Shown here: in pieces, positions 13,100-25,911 of the stretch
Position numbering within the stretch: the first letter of the stretch is position 1
How the letters are laid out: the number at the start of each line of letters is the position of its first letter
NCBI GenBank assembly: GCA_040954595.2
Contig: JBECUI020000028.1
Location: 305,349 to 369,348 of the forward strand
Source: Balanoglossus misakiensis
Lineage: Eukaryota; Animalia; Hemichordata
Length of the DNA stretch: 64,000 nt
Direction of reading: 5' to 3'
The notes under the pieces: model-generated
Database searches by the model: none
Told to the model about the DNA's origin: nothing
Seen by the model: the letters and a program-made list of their open reading frames with translations, nothing else
Made by a program: the position numbers and the translations under genes

Positions 13100-15059
13100 A
13101 AGATAGAAGCTCAAGACAAAGAAAAAAGAAATTGCAGACACAACATATATACATTCACAAACAAGTTAAACATGTTTGAACAAGTTAAACACACACATAT
13201 ACATACTGGCATTACATAGGCGTACACAAACATGTTCATTATTATTTTCCAGCTGAAAAGAAAAAGAGGACACAAAGAATAAAACCCATGTGTGTCTAAT
13301 TACTGTATCCAAGGAATGCTTGCTGAATATTTTACGCACGCGCCGTTGGTACAGTAGTTGAATCACACAAAATATCAGCTACGAAGAGAAATAAACACAC
13401 AATGAAAACCTGAGAGAAGTTGAAAACCAAGAAAGAAGGGGAAAGGCAGAACAGCAATAAGGTAAGTTGTCATTGTGAATTATTGTATGTTACACTAATA
13501 CATGATGTGTGTTTATCATAAATTACATAATTTGACCATAGAGCTAGATCTAGATAGGAGATGTATAAATTGACCTATTTTGACCCTGTAGTTTATGGCA
13601 TTAATGAGCGGGAAACAACTTCAATTTTTTTTCATCTAGTCTTGTGTCATGTCTTTAACAATTTCTGAAAATGTTATGCCTGAAAGCCTATGTTTTCATA
13701 CCTTTACAACTTTTAACCTATGACACATGTTTTTTCCTGTGTTTAACCTAAGGCTTTTTTTCCTGTAATTTTTTTTGATGACTTCCTCTCTGAATATATT
13801 TTATATGAAGATACCCCAGAATAGAGATAATTTTTCTGTATTAACCCTGAAAAAACAGAACACAAGCTCCTTTTCTACTTGATTTTTGTTATGTGGGTCT
13901 TGAAAATTTAGTGTTTATACATAGTAATGTATGGAGGAAAAATGTTGGATTTTCAGGTAAGACATACACAACTACTGACACACTTTGGTTGGGACTATTC
14001 TTAAAGTGTAACCGGTTTTGAAATCTCCAATAACAGCTCTAAAACATATTGAAAACCCGATGTAAAATCATTAAGAATAAATTTATAGTTGGGGCCACAA
14101 TAAAGGGATGTAAAAGTAATGATTTCGCTTTAATTGCATGTTAAAGAATAGGAAAAATTAAAACATTAGAGACCCTATCCTAAAATGTACAATAAAGGAG
14201 CTTAAGAGCTGATTTTGTCAGGAATAATAGACATTTGAATTCCCTATTCTGGGGTACCTTAATATTAAATAAATACAGACAAGAAGTAATAAAATAATTT
14301 TATGAACAAAATTGTTGTACCCCATAGGTATAACACAGTATAAAACAAGGTGTCATAGGAAAAATTTTGGAAAGTATGAAAACATGTTGTTTAAAGCTTG
14401 TAATTTTCAGAGACTGTTGAGAACATGATGGGATACTACCTACATTTTTTTTTAAGTTGTGACATGTACAATAATGCCATAAGCTATTGATACAAACCAG
14501 GCAATTCATAAATTTCACACAGAAAATATGCAAGTTTTAGGTAATGATTGCAATTCTACTGTAACACTTGGAGTGGGTCTATCTAGGATTAGGATAATAT
14601 ACAGAGGAGTGTATGGTAGCAAGTATGTTTTACAACCCATATTCCTGTTTCTGAGAGTTACAATTGACATGGGGGAAAAGTGTGAATGTCAGTTTCTGGC
14701 CACAAGAGGGCGCTGTCATTTTGGATCCATATCAAAAAATGGCCACCATGGGTCAATGCATAAGTGTACCAAGTTTCATGCTTTTAACCCAAAATGCACG
14801 ATTTTTTGGTTAACTGCCCCACTAGAAGAAGACACTGCAGTAAATACTTAAAATAAAAATACTGAAAACAAAGTGAAAAGTTGTACAGCTAATGAAGCTT
14901 GAAATATGTTCAGACACAAGTAGAACAGGCAATCCAAACACATTATAAACATTGAGAAAAACACCCAAAGTTACCTGTACTACGGTTATCTATGGGGGCC
15001 TGTTCTGGTCAAAATTGTAGTTTATTAATAAAACATGTTAGAATTAATTTTATAGAGCC

Positions 15060-15322
15060 TGGAATTAATTTTACCAGTATATAGAATTATTTTTTTATGT
15101 GCTTTAATTTTTTTTTGTAGTCAAGCAGAATTAATTTTATGTGTTCTAAATAATTATTTTAGCTTATCTTTGTTAGAAATAATTTTGCCAACATCTCAAA
15201 TTATGTTTACATGTAGACTCGAATTAATTACAGGTGTAGTGTCGAATTAATATCACGTGTTTAGTCGATTTAATTTCACGTGTTGTGTCGAATTAATTTT
15301 ACGTTGTGTCGAATTAATATTG
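15060..15322. repeat. Degenerate array of GAATTAAT / GTGTCGAATTAAT motifs
   Basis: Roughly ten spaced copies, most regular at 15220-15322. May be a subterminal array of a decayed DNA transposon. Confidence 0.6.
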
Positions 15323-16899
15323 CCCTTACAATCCTGTGCGCGTAAATCAAGATGGCGGCAGCTGAGCATGTCTTTCTCGCTGCATAAAGATAAAAAAGGG
15401 GCTGTTGTACAAGTTGTGAGACGTTTTTGGGCGATTTGCTGTCCAATATAAATGCAGTGTGCTTGAAAACGGCGATCGGTGCACAAGTTATGGTCTACAG
15501 ACGGAATTTTCCAGTCAATAAGCAATTGGGATAATCGCCAGCATTGCCTATGGCAATGCTATTCAGCTGTGGTGTGGAGGCATCGCCGGTATTGGTAAAG
15601 GCCGAGTTACACCATAAGGAGCTGCTAACATTAAGCACAAAAGTCCCCCTTTCTTTTCAATTTGTCAAATAGTGGCCTCAGATCACTATCCTGTGGTATA
15701 ATTGTGGATCTTCTTGATAAATCTCTCCACAGACAGAATGTGTTTGATATCTGTGAAGGCACATTTATTGTGATAACGACTCATTTCTTCAGACGAGACA
15801 CACACGGACGTTGTGATAACGACACGTTGGTTACTTACGCACGGCAAACTGACGTTCAGTACGGTGTTAATACGCTATAAATTTTTTACGGCACAGGGTT
15901 GTACCGACACAGTCATAGGTATCCCGCAAGCTCTGCGGGCCCCATTGCACCATTTCGTCATGTTTCCCGAGTCGATCCCAAAACGCACTTTCCCAAACAG
16001 TGCTACCCACGAGTGCATCCGACATCGCTGGCCATCGAAAAGGTAGATACCCTATGTCGTTGTGGAACCGTCTGTTATAGTAAACAATGCATCGATGCCA
16101 AGTACGTTTTTGACGGACGCAAAAAAACGGTCTCCACAGGGTCGGGAATGACCGGCGGAATGTGCCTCTTAGGATAGTGTGCTCTTTGTAGTTCAAGGCA
16201 AAGAACCCTGTCGAGACTTTCCTGTCCTAACAGATATTGCCCTCAAAACGGTAGTTCAAAGTCAACCCGTTATAGCGAAGCGCACGCAAACGCCTAGAGA
16301 CTCCAGCGGGTCGGTGAATCATATCGATCCATACCGATTAGGTCATTCATCACTCGCCAACGTTCGACTTCTACCCACACCGGAAATCGGGCGCTCTGCT
16401 ACGGACTCGACAGCGTTAGGGTTAATATTCACAATGGCCATTACTCATGTACAAGTTTTGTATAGAAGCTAAAGACTGAACATTTCATAAAGCTATCCAT
16501 AGCAGAACAAGAAACTAGGGTTAATTTCTTCGCTGAAAAATACTGAAAAAAACAATGTTACTTGGGCTTTAGCAGTTAGCATTAATGTCACAAAATTTTA
16601 CCATGACACTGTTGTATTATACCATTGATAGGGGAATACGAAAAGGGGAACTTGAATATTTTTTCCTCAGGTTTTGGCAAAGTATATTCAAACTAATGGT
16701 AAATGACTGCCATGGCAACATAACATATATGACAGTCAAATCTGTGTTTGTGGCCACCTCTATTATAGTGGCAACTTTGTTTCATTTCATGTACATGTAC
16801 ATTGCACATTAACTGACCTATCTATAGAAGCCACCTGTCTATAAATGCCAGTTTAGGAAAGTCCCTTGACTGGCCACTGTAGACAGGTTTGACTGTACC

Positions 16900-19145
16900 T
16901 ACCTCGTTGTGGCTTTGAATCTGTACCTGGCCATCTCTGCTGTGGCTGTGAGTTGATAGAATTCACAGCAGCAATTTGTGGCATCTTACTGAACTGACTA
17001 GCATTTGCCATTTGCATGACACCCTCTGTGGCTTTCAGTGCAGCAGCTGGCACATGCTGGGAAGTCATCTTTGGTGGTGAAGTTGCCTGTCCAAAAAGGG
17101 TAACAAACCTAGTTAATATGAAGCATTATCAAGGCCAGTATTCAAAACCACATTTTTTACTTCATGACTTCAATTTTTGAATCGATGTTGAGCTTACAAC
17201 TCTCAAAGTCCCATTTTCAACACACATACTCACATTTGGAAGGGATCAGGTTTTAGGGCTTATCAACATTAATCACATTAAAAATTGAATTTGATTAATG
17301 AGTCTGTGGCATTATCCAAAGAGTCTTTCCATTTACAGAGTGGCTTTTTTGCAACCAAAACAGAAGTTTTGAATGTGTTTTGAAAATAAATAGTCTACTG
17401 TGTAGACACTGGTAAGACAAGGCTATGCGATACAGTCATAAAAAGCTTTCAATTCACAGGATGGGTAACTAGAAACAGCTAATTTGAATATCAAAAAGTA
17501 GAAGGTAGACCACAACTGTACCTGGGTGGACAAAATTGTCTCATGGGGATACTTGAAACAGTCACATTGGGTTGTTGAGTCCTGTTTGCTGTGACAGTGG
17601 ATACTGGTTGGTTTGGTAAACTGGTAGGCTGGGAAAAAAGGCATTGATGACCTTTGACCTTGGCCCTGCATCTGGGGCTGACTTGGTTGAATCAGTTTCT
17701 GTTGAGAGGACGATAGTTGTTGTGGAGACTGACTTCCAATTTGACTTGGTCGTCCAGGTAACATATGAATTGTTGGTGTAGCATCTGCAGTAAAAAGATC
17801 TACTTGATTTATTTATATACTGTAAAACAGAAAATTTCTGTGACAGGAAATGTTCGCATAATCCTAAGAGACAGCTGTTATGCTACAATTAAATTTCGCA
17901 TTCTCATATTTCACTAACTGCACCAATATCCCTGAAAAATATTTTTACATGACTTTTTAATTCGCATTTTTTGGTTCTCACGAAGTTCACAAAAATTTCC
18001 TGTAAGACAGTAATTCATCTATCACAAACACAGAAAATATGTCTAGTAGAAAGACTAGAAAAGGTGCAAATCACCTACACAAAGCCATGAGTCTCCTCAG
18101 AACAATGAGAAGTAAAGTGCCTTGCTCACGGACACAAAATTTCGGTCATGAAGTCACCATCCTCAGATAGAAAATCCACTGCAGGAAAAATTTCTGATGC
18201 ACCTGGTCCTGCACATATTTCCTACTTTGAATACCCCATGATTCTCTGTTTCTCTGTTCATTCCACGTGTGCATCTGATGAAGGGGACTACATGTCCCCG
18301 AAAACTCATGCTGTATTTTCAACTCGTTGATCACAGAGTGCTATATAACTTTAACTAATATTGTAGTGAAGATCAACATGGCAATATTCTACTATATCTC
18401 ACACTTCACTTGGTGGTCTAATTATGTGCGGACTTAAATTGACAATGGCTGGGAAGCAACACTGGAGACTTTACCTGGGGATGAACTTCCAACAGTTGAT
18501 TAGTCTCGGTTACCCAGACGCCTTTGCTTCTTCCGATGCTCTCCAGAAAAGGGTCTGGGGAAATTGGGGAAATGCTATTGAAAGCTTTGTAAAACAAAAT
18601 GGCCGATGTCAGGATTTTGATCATCGCCTGATTGGCTGAGCTGTCAGTATGACCCGGGTCACCGCAATAGTTTCGACAATCGTCTACCAAAGATATTTCG
18701 TATAATTTCTCCAACAATGCTAACAGAGGACGCCTTTTGCCTTTCGCATCAACCAACAAGTACCGGTCTCTTGATATGAAGAGACGACAAAAAATCACAC
18801 ATTGTTGAGAGTCAGTGACCCGGGTCATACTGACAGCTCAGCCAATCAGGCGATGATCAAAATCCTGACATCGGCCATTTTGTTTTACAAAGCTTTCAAT
18901 AGCATTTCCCCAGACCCTTTTCTGGAGAGCATCGGAAGAAGCAAAGGCATCTGGGTAACCGAGACTAACATTTGATTTGAGAGGATTTGAGGTCATACTG
19001 GAGGTAGATGCTGTAAACATGGTAACTGTTGATGCAGGTTTCAGTGGCTGTGTTGTGGTAGTGGTTGTAGACACTGAAGTGGTTGCTATGGTTGTAGGTT
19101 TCACTATGGCAACCTCTTTTGTATCACCACTGGACACCGATTTTT
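16900..19145 (-). pseudogene. Exon-like segments of an unidentified Ser/Thr/Pro/Gln-rich protein gene, disrupted by a MITE
   Basis: AG/GT-bounded low-complexity coding blocks at ~19145-18475 (split by the MITE), ~17785-17522 and ~17086-16903. No recognisable domain. Confidence 0.45.
18501..18967. mobile_element. Academ-type MITE with ~160-bp TIRs and a 9-bp TSD
   Basis: TAGTCTCGGTTACCCAGA...TCTGGGTAACCGAGACTA; 18501-18662 is inverted at 18815-18967. Flanks ACAGTTGAT / ACATTTGAT (1 mismatch). TAG..CTA ends with 9-bp TSDs fit AcademH-type elements. Confidence 0.75.
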
Positions 19146-20299
19146 CTGAAACACAAAATTGGAGGATTATACAGTTGATGTGAAATTCTGATGTGGAATC
19201 ACACAATGTCACTAAACTTGCCTTGAACCTGTACCAGTGTTTCATCCAGGATGTAGCCAAGGAAATTGATTGCCCACCTACCAACAATTTTCAGGAGGAT
19301 GTGTAATTAATTGGCCAGGCATTGACATGATGGGAAATAATAGGCTGGCTTGTGAAAGTACTGCAACAGAATACACTGCATCACTCGCGACAATAACTTC
19401 CATAAGCCTCAGATCGTGTGCAGAGGTCATGAAGTTCTGTCATATTTAGTATTAGCCAACCAGGAGCGCATAATAATACGTGATGTGTAATAAATATTAA
19501 TAAATATATTACAACCATTTTATTGAAGTACCAATTTAGAGTAATGAAAATCTTAACAAACCACAAAATGATGAATTGGTTGTAAATGACCACGTAAACA
19601 AGTCATATATTTGACCAGTGAACTTTAGAATCTAGATCATGGTATGATTGCAAATATTTGCGTAGCAACAGATACCTACCTGCAAGTTGATAACCTTTGA
19701 GAAGTATCATGTGGTGTGGATCAGCCGCATAATCCTTCATTGGTACCATCTGTACTTCACCATATGCTTTGAAGTTAAGTTTTTGGAGTTCAGGCAGTTT
19801 GCGGGGTGATATGATTGAGAAATGGACTCCTCTCTGTGAAAATACAACATTTGCTAAGAATCGAAATTTGGCATTCACATGTGAAGTCGTTAATGATGCG
19901 ACAACTACAATTCAAACTTAAAAACAAAAGAGTTTTTGAGACTTGAGTTGTTGTCATCTTTTTGAAGACAATCCGAACATTGGGCATTCCTTATCTTTAC
20001 TGAAAATTTAGTTGCCCCAGCAAATATACAAGTTCAATTTAATAATCACATACATACTAGAAAATGTTCCCAAAACGATGCATTTAGATGTAAAACACAT
20101 TTCAACCCTTACGAAAAAGGTTCTATAGAACTCTATAGACCTCTATAGAAACGTGTAGAATTCAATAGAAAATCAATAGAATATTATTTTCTATAGAATT
20201 ATACAGATGATTTCCATTAAACTAGCCGTCAATAGATTTTCTATTGAAAATATTACCTAGCATGAAATAAGTGAAAAATGATTTTAATAGGTTTTAACA

Positions 20300-21252
20300 T
20301 GATTATCATACAATGACAAAGCAATTTGTAAGATTTGCCCCCATTACACATATTTCACTGTGAACAAAGTATATTTTAACAGAAATCCACAGACTCTATT
20401 GAATTCTATTGATGTCAATAGATTTTCTATTGAAAAATATTGTCAACTTTGAAATGGTTGAAAGAAATATTTTTCCCTAGTTTTTAGCAAATGTGTGCAC
20501 ATAATCATCACAAAATGACAAAGGAATTTGTCAGGTTTGCCCCAACTACATACATTTCACTGTGAACAGTGTATTTTAACAAAAATCCACTGTCTCTATT
20601 GAATTCTATTGCCGTCAATAGATTTTCTATTGAAAAATATTGCCAACCATGAAATAGGTGAAAGAAACATTTTCCCCTAGTTTTTAGCAAATGTGTGCAC
20701 ATAATCAACACAAAACGACAAATGAATTTGTCAGGTTTGGCCCAACTACATATATTTCACTGTGAACAGTGTATTTTAACAAAAATCCACTGACTCTATT
20801 GAATTCTATTGCCGTCAATAGATTTTCTATTGAAAAATATTGTCAACCTTGAAATGGTTGAAAGAAATATTTTTCCCTAGTTTTTAGCAAATGTGTGCAC
20901 ATAATCATCACAAAATGACAAAGGAATTTGTCAGGTTTGCCCCAACTACATACATTTCACTGTGAACAGTGTATTTTAACAAAAATCCACTGTCTCTATT
21001 GAATTCTATTGCCGTCAATAGATTTTCTATTGAAAAATATTGCCAACTATGAAATAGGTGAAAGAAACATTTTCCCCTAGTTTTTAGCAAATGTGTGCAC
21101 ATAATCAACACAAAACGACAAATGAATTTGTCAGGTTTGGCCCAACTACATATATTTCACTGTGAACAGTGTATTTTAACAAAAATCCACTGACTCTATT
21201 GAATTCTATTGCCGTCAATAGATTTTCTATTGAAAAATATTGCCAACCATGA
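20300..21252. repeat. Left subterminal 200-bp tandem array with a 400-bp higher-order duplication
   Basis: 20443-20842 is nearly identical to 20843-21242. Each unit carries CTATTGAATTCTATTG..CAATAGATTTTCTATTG motifs. Confidence 0.9.
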
Positions 21253-21577
21253 CCGGACGCTAAGGATTTTGATTTAGGCGAAGATTGTATCGTTTGGCCA
21301 TGGAAAGTAACCAGTTCACCCCGAGCAAACAGATACCAGTATACATTCAGCTCAAACACACAGCTATTCATTCTTAATCATTCTATTTTATATTGTGAAT
21401 GAATACTTGACAAATATGTCTCTGTAAATAATTCATTTATTACAATTTCAAAATGATATCTGCAAAACACTGGTACATATACAAATCTGTATATAAATAC
21501 AAATCAGAAGAAACAGACTCTCAACTACAGTACTGGGGTAAGTGTTTGCTACCTACAGACTTTTTTTGCAGCCCTTA

Positions 21578-24500
21578 TCAGTCCCTTTCAAAAGGGTTGG
21601 GGAGTGGTGAGAGGTAAATTGACTCACCCATTCCAAGAACTACACATTTACGTCTCAAAAACGATGGTCGCACAGCAATTCTTTCATGTGAAATCTCACG
21701 CAGTGGTTTTACATGTGTACACTGTATGCCAATTTCATTGTCAACAAACATTGACCTCCCACTTAAACACCTACTGGCTATCAGGAATGATCTTTCATTA
21801 CAGTGACAATCACCTTGGCATATGCAACCTGGCCTAAGAATTACAAGGTTTCTTATTACATACAATTGCTCATCTTGTCCCTGAAAATAATGGTTCGTTC
21901 TCTTTGCTGCCCTAGTGTAGCTACTTGTTGTGAACACAGCACCTGATATAGTGAATCTCTTGTAATATTTGGCATTCACATTCAAGATAGGGTGGCCCAC
22001 AGCCTCCTCTACAGCTAACCTGTCTGTCAATCTTATATCTGTTTGTCAGCAGCTCCCATGGCCACAACCCCTGAGCAGCTATGAAAGTCCCTCTTTAAAT
22101 GCACAATTCCTCTAGACAATTTGTCAAATAGTGGCCTCAGATCACTATCCTGCGGTATAATTGTGGATCTTCTTGATAAATCTCTCCACAGACAGAATGT
22201 GTTTGAAATCTGTGAAGGCACACTTTGAGTACCCTGAAATAGCTTCATGATTACACCATTGTGACTTTCAAACACAAAGGAAGATGTAGCCCAGAGAGGT
22301 GCCCATTCCCTAACACTACTAGACAAATGCAGTAGAATGTGCATATTAAATGACATCACTTCTTTCCCATAAAGGCATTCAGTTTGAGTCACAAACTTTC
22401 TGATTGCCTGCTCTGCCAGATCAACAGAGCGGGCTGTTACTTTTTCCTGAAGTAACGTGTGGATTCCAAAAACCAGCAAAAACCAATGGTTCAGAAAAAC
22501 TGCAGGTAACACACCTCTCAGAACAATTAAAGAATAGAAAAGGAGAAATGCCCTCCACTCCGAACCTTTCCAATACTTTCTGTAATCTAACGATCGTGGT
22601 GTCCTGGTTATTTCATTTGGAGGAAACTGCTGCACCAAACGGGAATTAATTACACGTTGTTTAGCAGGGGCTAAGTACCAGGGTTTCTGCTTGTTTTCAC
22701 TGTCAAGCCAAAGTGAGGTGATTTGCCTGACAACCCCTAATAAAACACAATGCAAATAATCAGGAACAAACCCTTTCACAATGTCGAAATTGGGAAGCAA
22801 CATACACACACTGGGTCCCTTCACACCCAATATTGGTCGGTCTCTTTCAACCGCCTGCCTACAACAATCCTCATACTGATCGTTATTCCTCAACTCAGGA
22901 TGAGGAAGATCCTGTACACTATATACACGTGCATGACCATTGCCCTTTGCTATGTATTCCCCTGGGTGCAGGCACCAGTCACATCCATACTGCCCATTAT
23001 ACTGTTTGCAATTGCGCATCAAAGGCCTGGCAGCTGAATAAGAAGAACACAATAACACATGGACACATGTTGTGATTATCTCACCAGAACTTTGATTTCT
23101 CCAGGTAAAACCATCATTACCCAATTTCACACATTCTTCAACAAATGGTGCCAAAAAACAATCCATCTGTGGTTTGGATTGACCAAACCATAGGCCAGGC
23201 ATGAGAATATTTTGTTTTTGACATTTTGGAGTCAGTTCTGTCACTACACACTGAATGGGCCATATTGAGAAACCAGAGGACTTAAAGGCAGGGACCCCAT
23301 CACAATTCCAGAGAAGGGTTAAGTCATTATCTCTTATGATACCATTTTCAAGGAGATCTTGATAAATGGAGCCATCCAATAAAGTTGAAACTGACAATTC
23401 ACTATTAATATTCTGATTTTCTAATAAATCTACAAGTTGGTCCTTGATTGGCATTACAATGAAAAAATTGTTATTTGCTACAGATATTTGCTCACTGAAA
23501 GGCTCATTACAGCTACCACAAGTGGTGTCAGTTTGAATTTCGCCCTCGGCACCAAGATATGCCATACAACTACAGCAATAGAAGTGCTTCTTACACGACA
23601 CAGCTGTCTCAGCAAAACAGTTCTTAAAAAAGTATGGTGTTGCTGGTACAGTTTCTGGTGCTATCAGGTTAATGACGTGCAACAAGTCTTTGAGAGCATC
23701 TTTCGTAAGTCGGTGTCCGAGGACAAAAGCCTGGAGAAGTAGACAAAGCTGTTCTGTTGTGACATTCATCTCTCCAGTTCCTTCTTCAGCTCCCTGAGAA
23801 TTAGAAAAATAGTAGTACATTTAGAAAAATAGGACAACCAGAAATAACATGAACAATGCAATGGTCACACTCACAGGACTGACACATTTAATTGTGATTT
23901 GACATTTGTGAAAACAGGCTCTGATCTCTTATGCATTGATCACCAGATTTTGAAAACAGGGGTCATGCTCTAAATAATAGGCCTCCTTGAGAATTAAAAT
24001 AAATGCATTCACAACCATAGAGACACTAGCTTTCATACTTGTATTTTATAATAACGATGTGTATTAAGTTGAATTAACATATAAAACAGATTGATTAGTG
24101 GAATACTAAACGATGTTGTAATAGCTAAACAAATAAACAATTTTTAAATTTCCGATGATCAAAAGTTGGTCACATTGCTAAAAGAATAGAGACATTTTGG
24201 TGTGTATCACTGTCATGTTTCTGTCAAGGAATCAATGTGTATATTGCACCATGTCCACTTTTTCAAGTTGTAAATGCACACCCTTCAGTAAGTACACTTA
24301 CTTTGAAAGTAAATCATCAAAATAATGTAAAAAGTCATAGATCATAAGTGATTAAGGTAAGTTACCGCACAAAATTCAAATTGGCAACCATAAAATTTTT
24401 AAAGTCAAAAGCAGAACCTACCAATTCATCACCACTTTCTCCTGTGCCCGTCCCATTAGTGTTTTCGTTTGATATGCGTGTGTGTATAATTTCTTCACTT

Positions 24501-25472
24501 TCTTCAATCTCTCCACTTCCGTCACTCAGTAAGTTGACATGTGACGTTTCCTGAGCTGGTACTTGGTCATCTATGATGAATGATGTCTGATCATCTGATG
24601 TTTCGTCGGCTGATAAATAGTCATCTGTGTCTGGTTCTGTAGTGCTGTATTCATCAATGTCTGTATCTCTGTGAGAGAAAGTTAGTCCACTTCGATAACT
24701 GTCATGAGAGGCGTTACCATCATATAAATATTCATCATTGCCACTTTCAGATTGGTAGTCACTATTTACAGAACAACTGTCAGTGTCGATGGCGATATCA
24801 TCAGTCTGAAAGATATGAATAGAATGTGGTTAAGATATGTATTTCAGTATAGCGGGACTACATAATGCATATTACATCATTTGATTCTAAATCTCAGAGG
24901 AAAGTGCTAATGCTTTAATAGTTCTTATAAAGAAAAGTAGGCTGGTGTCAGTAATGACCTGTTTTTTTTTGTTTTTTTCCCTCAATATTCGTAGTACTAA
25001 ATTATTTTTCAATTAAAAAAATACTGCAGCGGCATAAATGCTGCTATATTTAGACAAAGAGTTGGAGATGTACAAGCTAGCCTTTTGGACTTTAATAAAA
25101 CCAAAAAGAACAGAAATAAAATGCATACACTACCTATGACACCCTATAATTATAACAATCACCGAGAAATGACAGACAATGCCAGTTTTCGCCCGGCGCT
25201 TGCTGCAGTTCCGTAGCCAGCAACTTTCCTCGATGTGTGTGTTACGGAAGGGGCACCTTTCTGTAACACACACACATCGAGGAATGTTGCAGGCTACGGA
25301 ACTGCAGCTGCAGCAAGCGCGGCGCATACTTCAGGCCGTGGTAAAAAAGAGCTACACTTACCTCTAAACCATGTTTATCGCGAATTCGCCATCTAAACAA
25401 GGTTCTCTTTGGAATACTGACTTCGGTATCATTTAGGTAACGCTTGTATGGACGGCGCACGACCCTCGACAT
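21578..25472 (-). pseudogene. EnSpm/CACTA transposase (TnpD-like), 3 exons, inactivated
   Basis: Exons 25472-25362, 24805-24422 and 23793-21578, with phase-0 GT-AG introns. Motifs CDGVP, SIWPI, NGQYGCDWC, VPDYLHCVLLGV, WKGSEWR, FNMHILLH, FVFESHNG. Frameshift at ~22033; expected catalytic Asp reads Tyr (CSSYSAARP). Confidence 0.9.
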
Positions 25473-25911
25473 GTCTCTTCCGCGACGAACAGCGATCTGA
25501 TGATCTAGTGAATCAGCTGTGCAAGCGTCGGTGACTGCGGTGCATGCTGGGTGATAGATATGGCATCATCTCAAGTACAAATTTTAACGTTCCGATCGAT
25601 CTGTGGTACTACTTTAAGGTGAATTTTGGCGTTTCAAAATAAAGTGAATGATATCTTAACGTGTTTTTTTTTCAAATAACATCTCAGCTCTAAGAAATGC
25701 TGTATTTTAAAATCACATGACCTACTGCATGACCTTTGACTCTTCTCATAAACGCCCGCATTTCTTACCCAGCATGCATCGAGGTAAATAAATAGTCGGC
25801 GAACTCCTGACCTTTTACAGCTGATTCAGTAACCACCGAAGACACACTACGCGTCACTCGCTACCAGCTCCGCTTAAGATTTCGCTATTTACGAACGTCG
25901 ATCTAGTCACC
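25473..25911. promoter_or_regulatory. Putative bidirectional promoter
   Basis: CpG-rich 440-bp gap between divergent ATGs, with mirrored motifs TGAATCAGCTGT / ACAGCTGATTCA and TGCATGCTGGGT / ACCCAGCATGCA. Confidence 0.65.
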
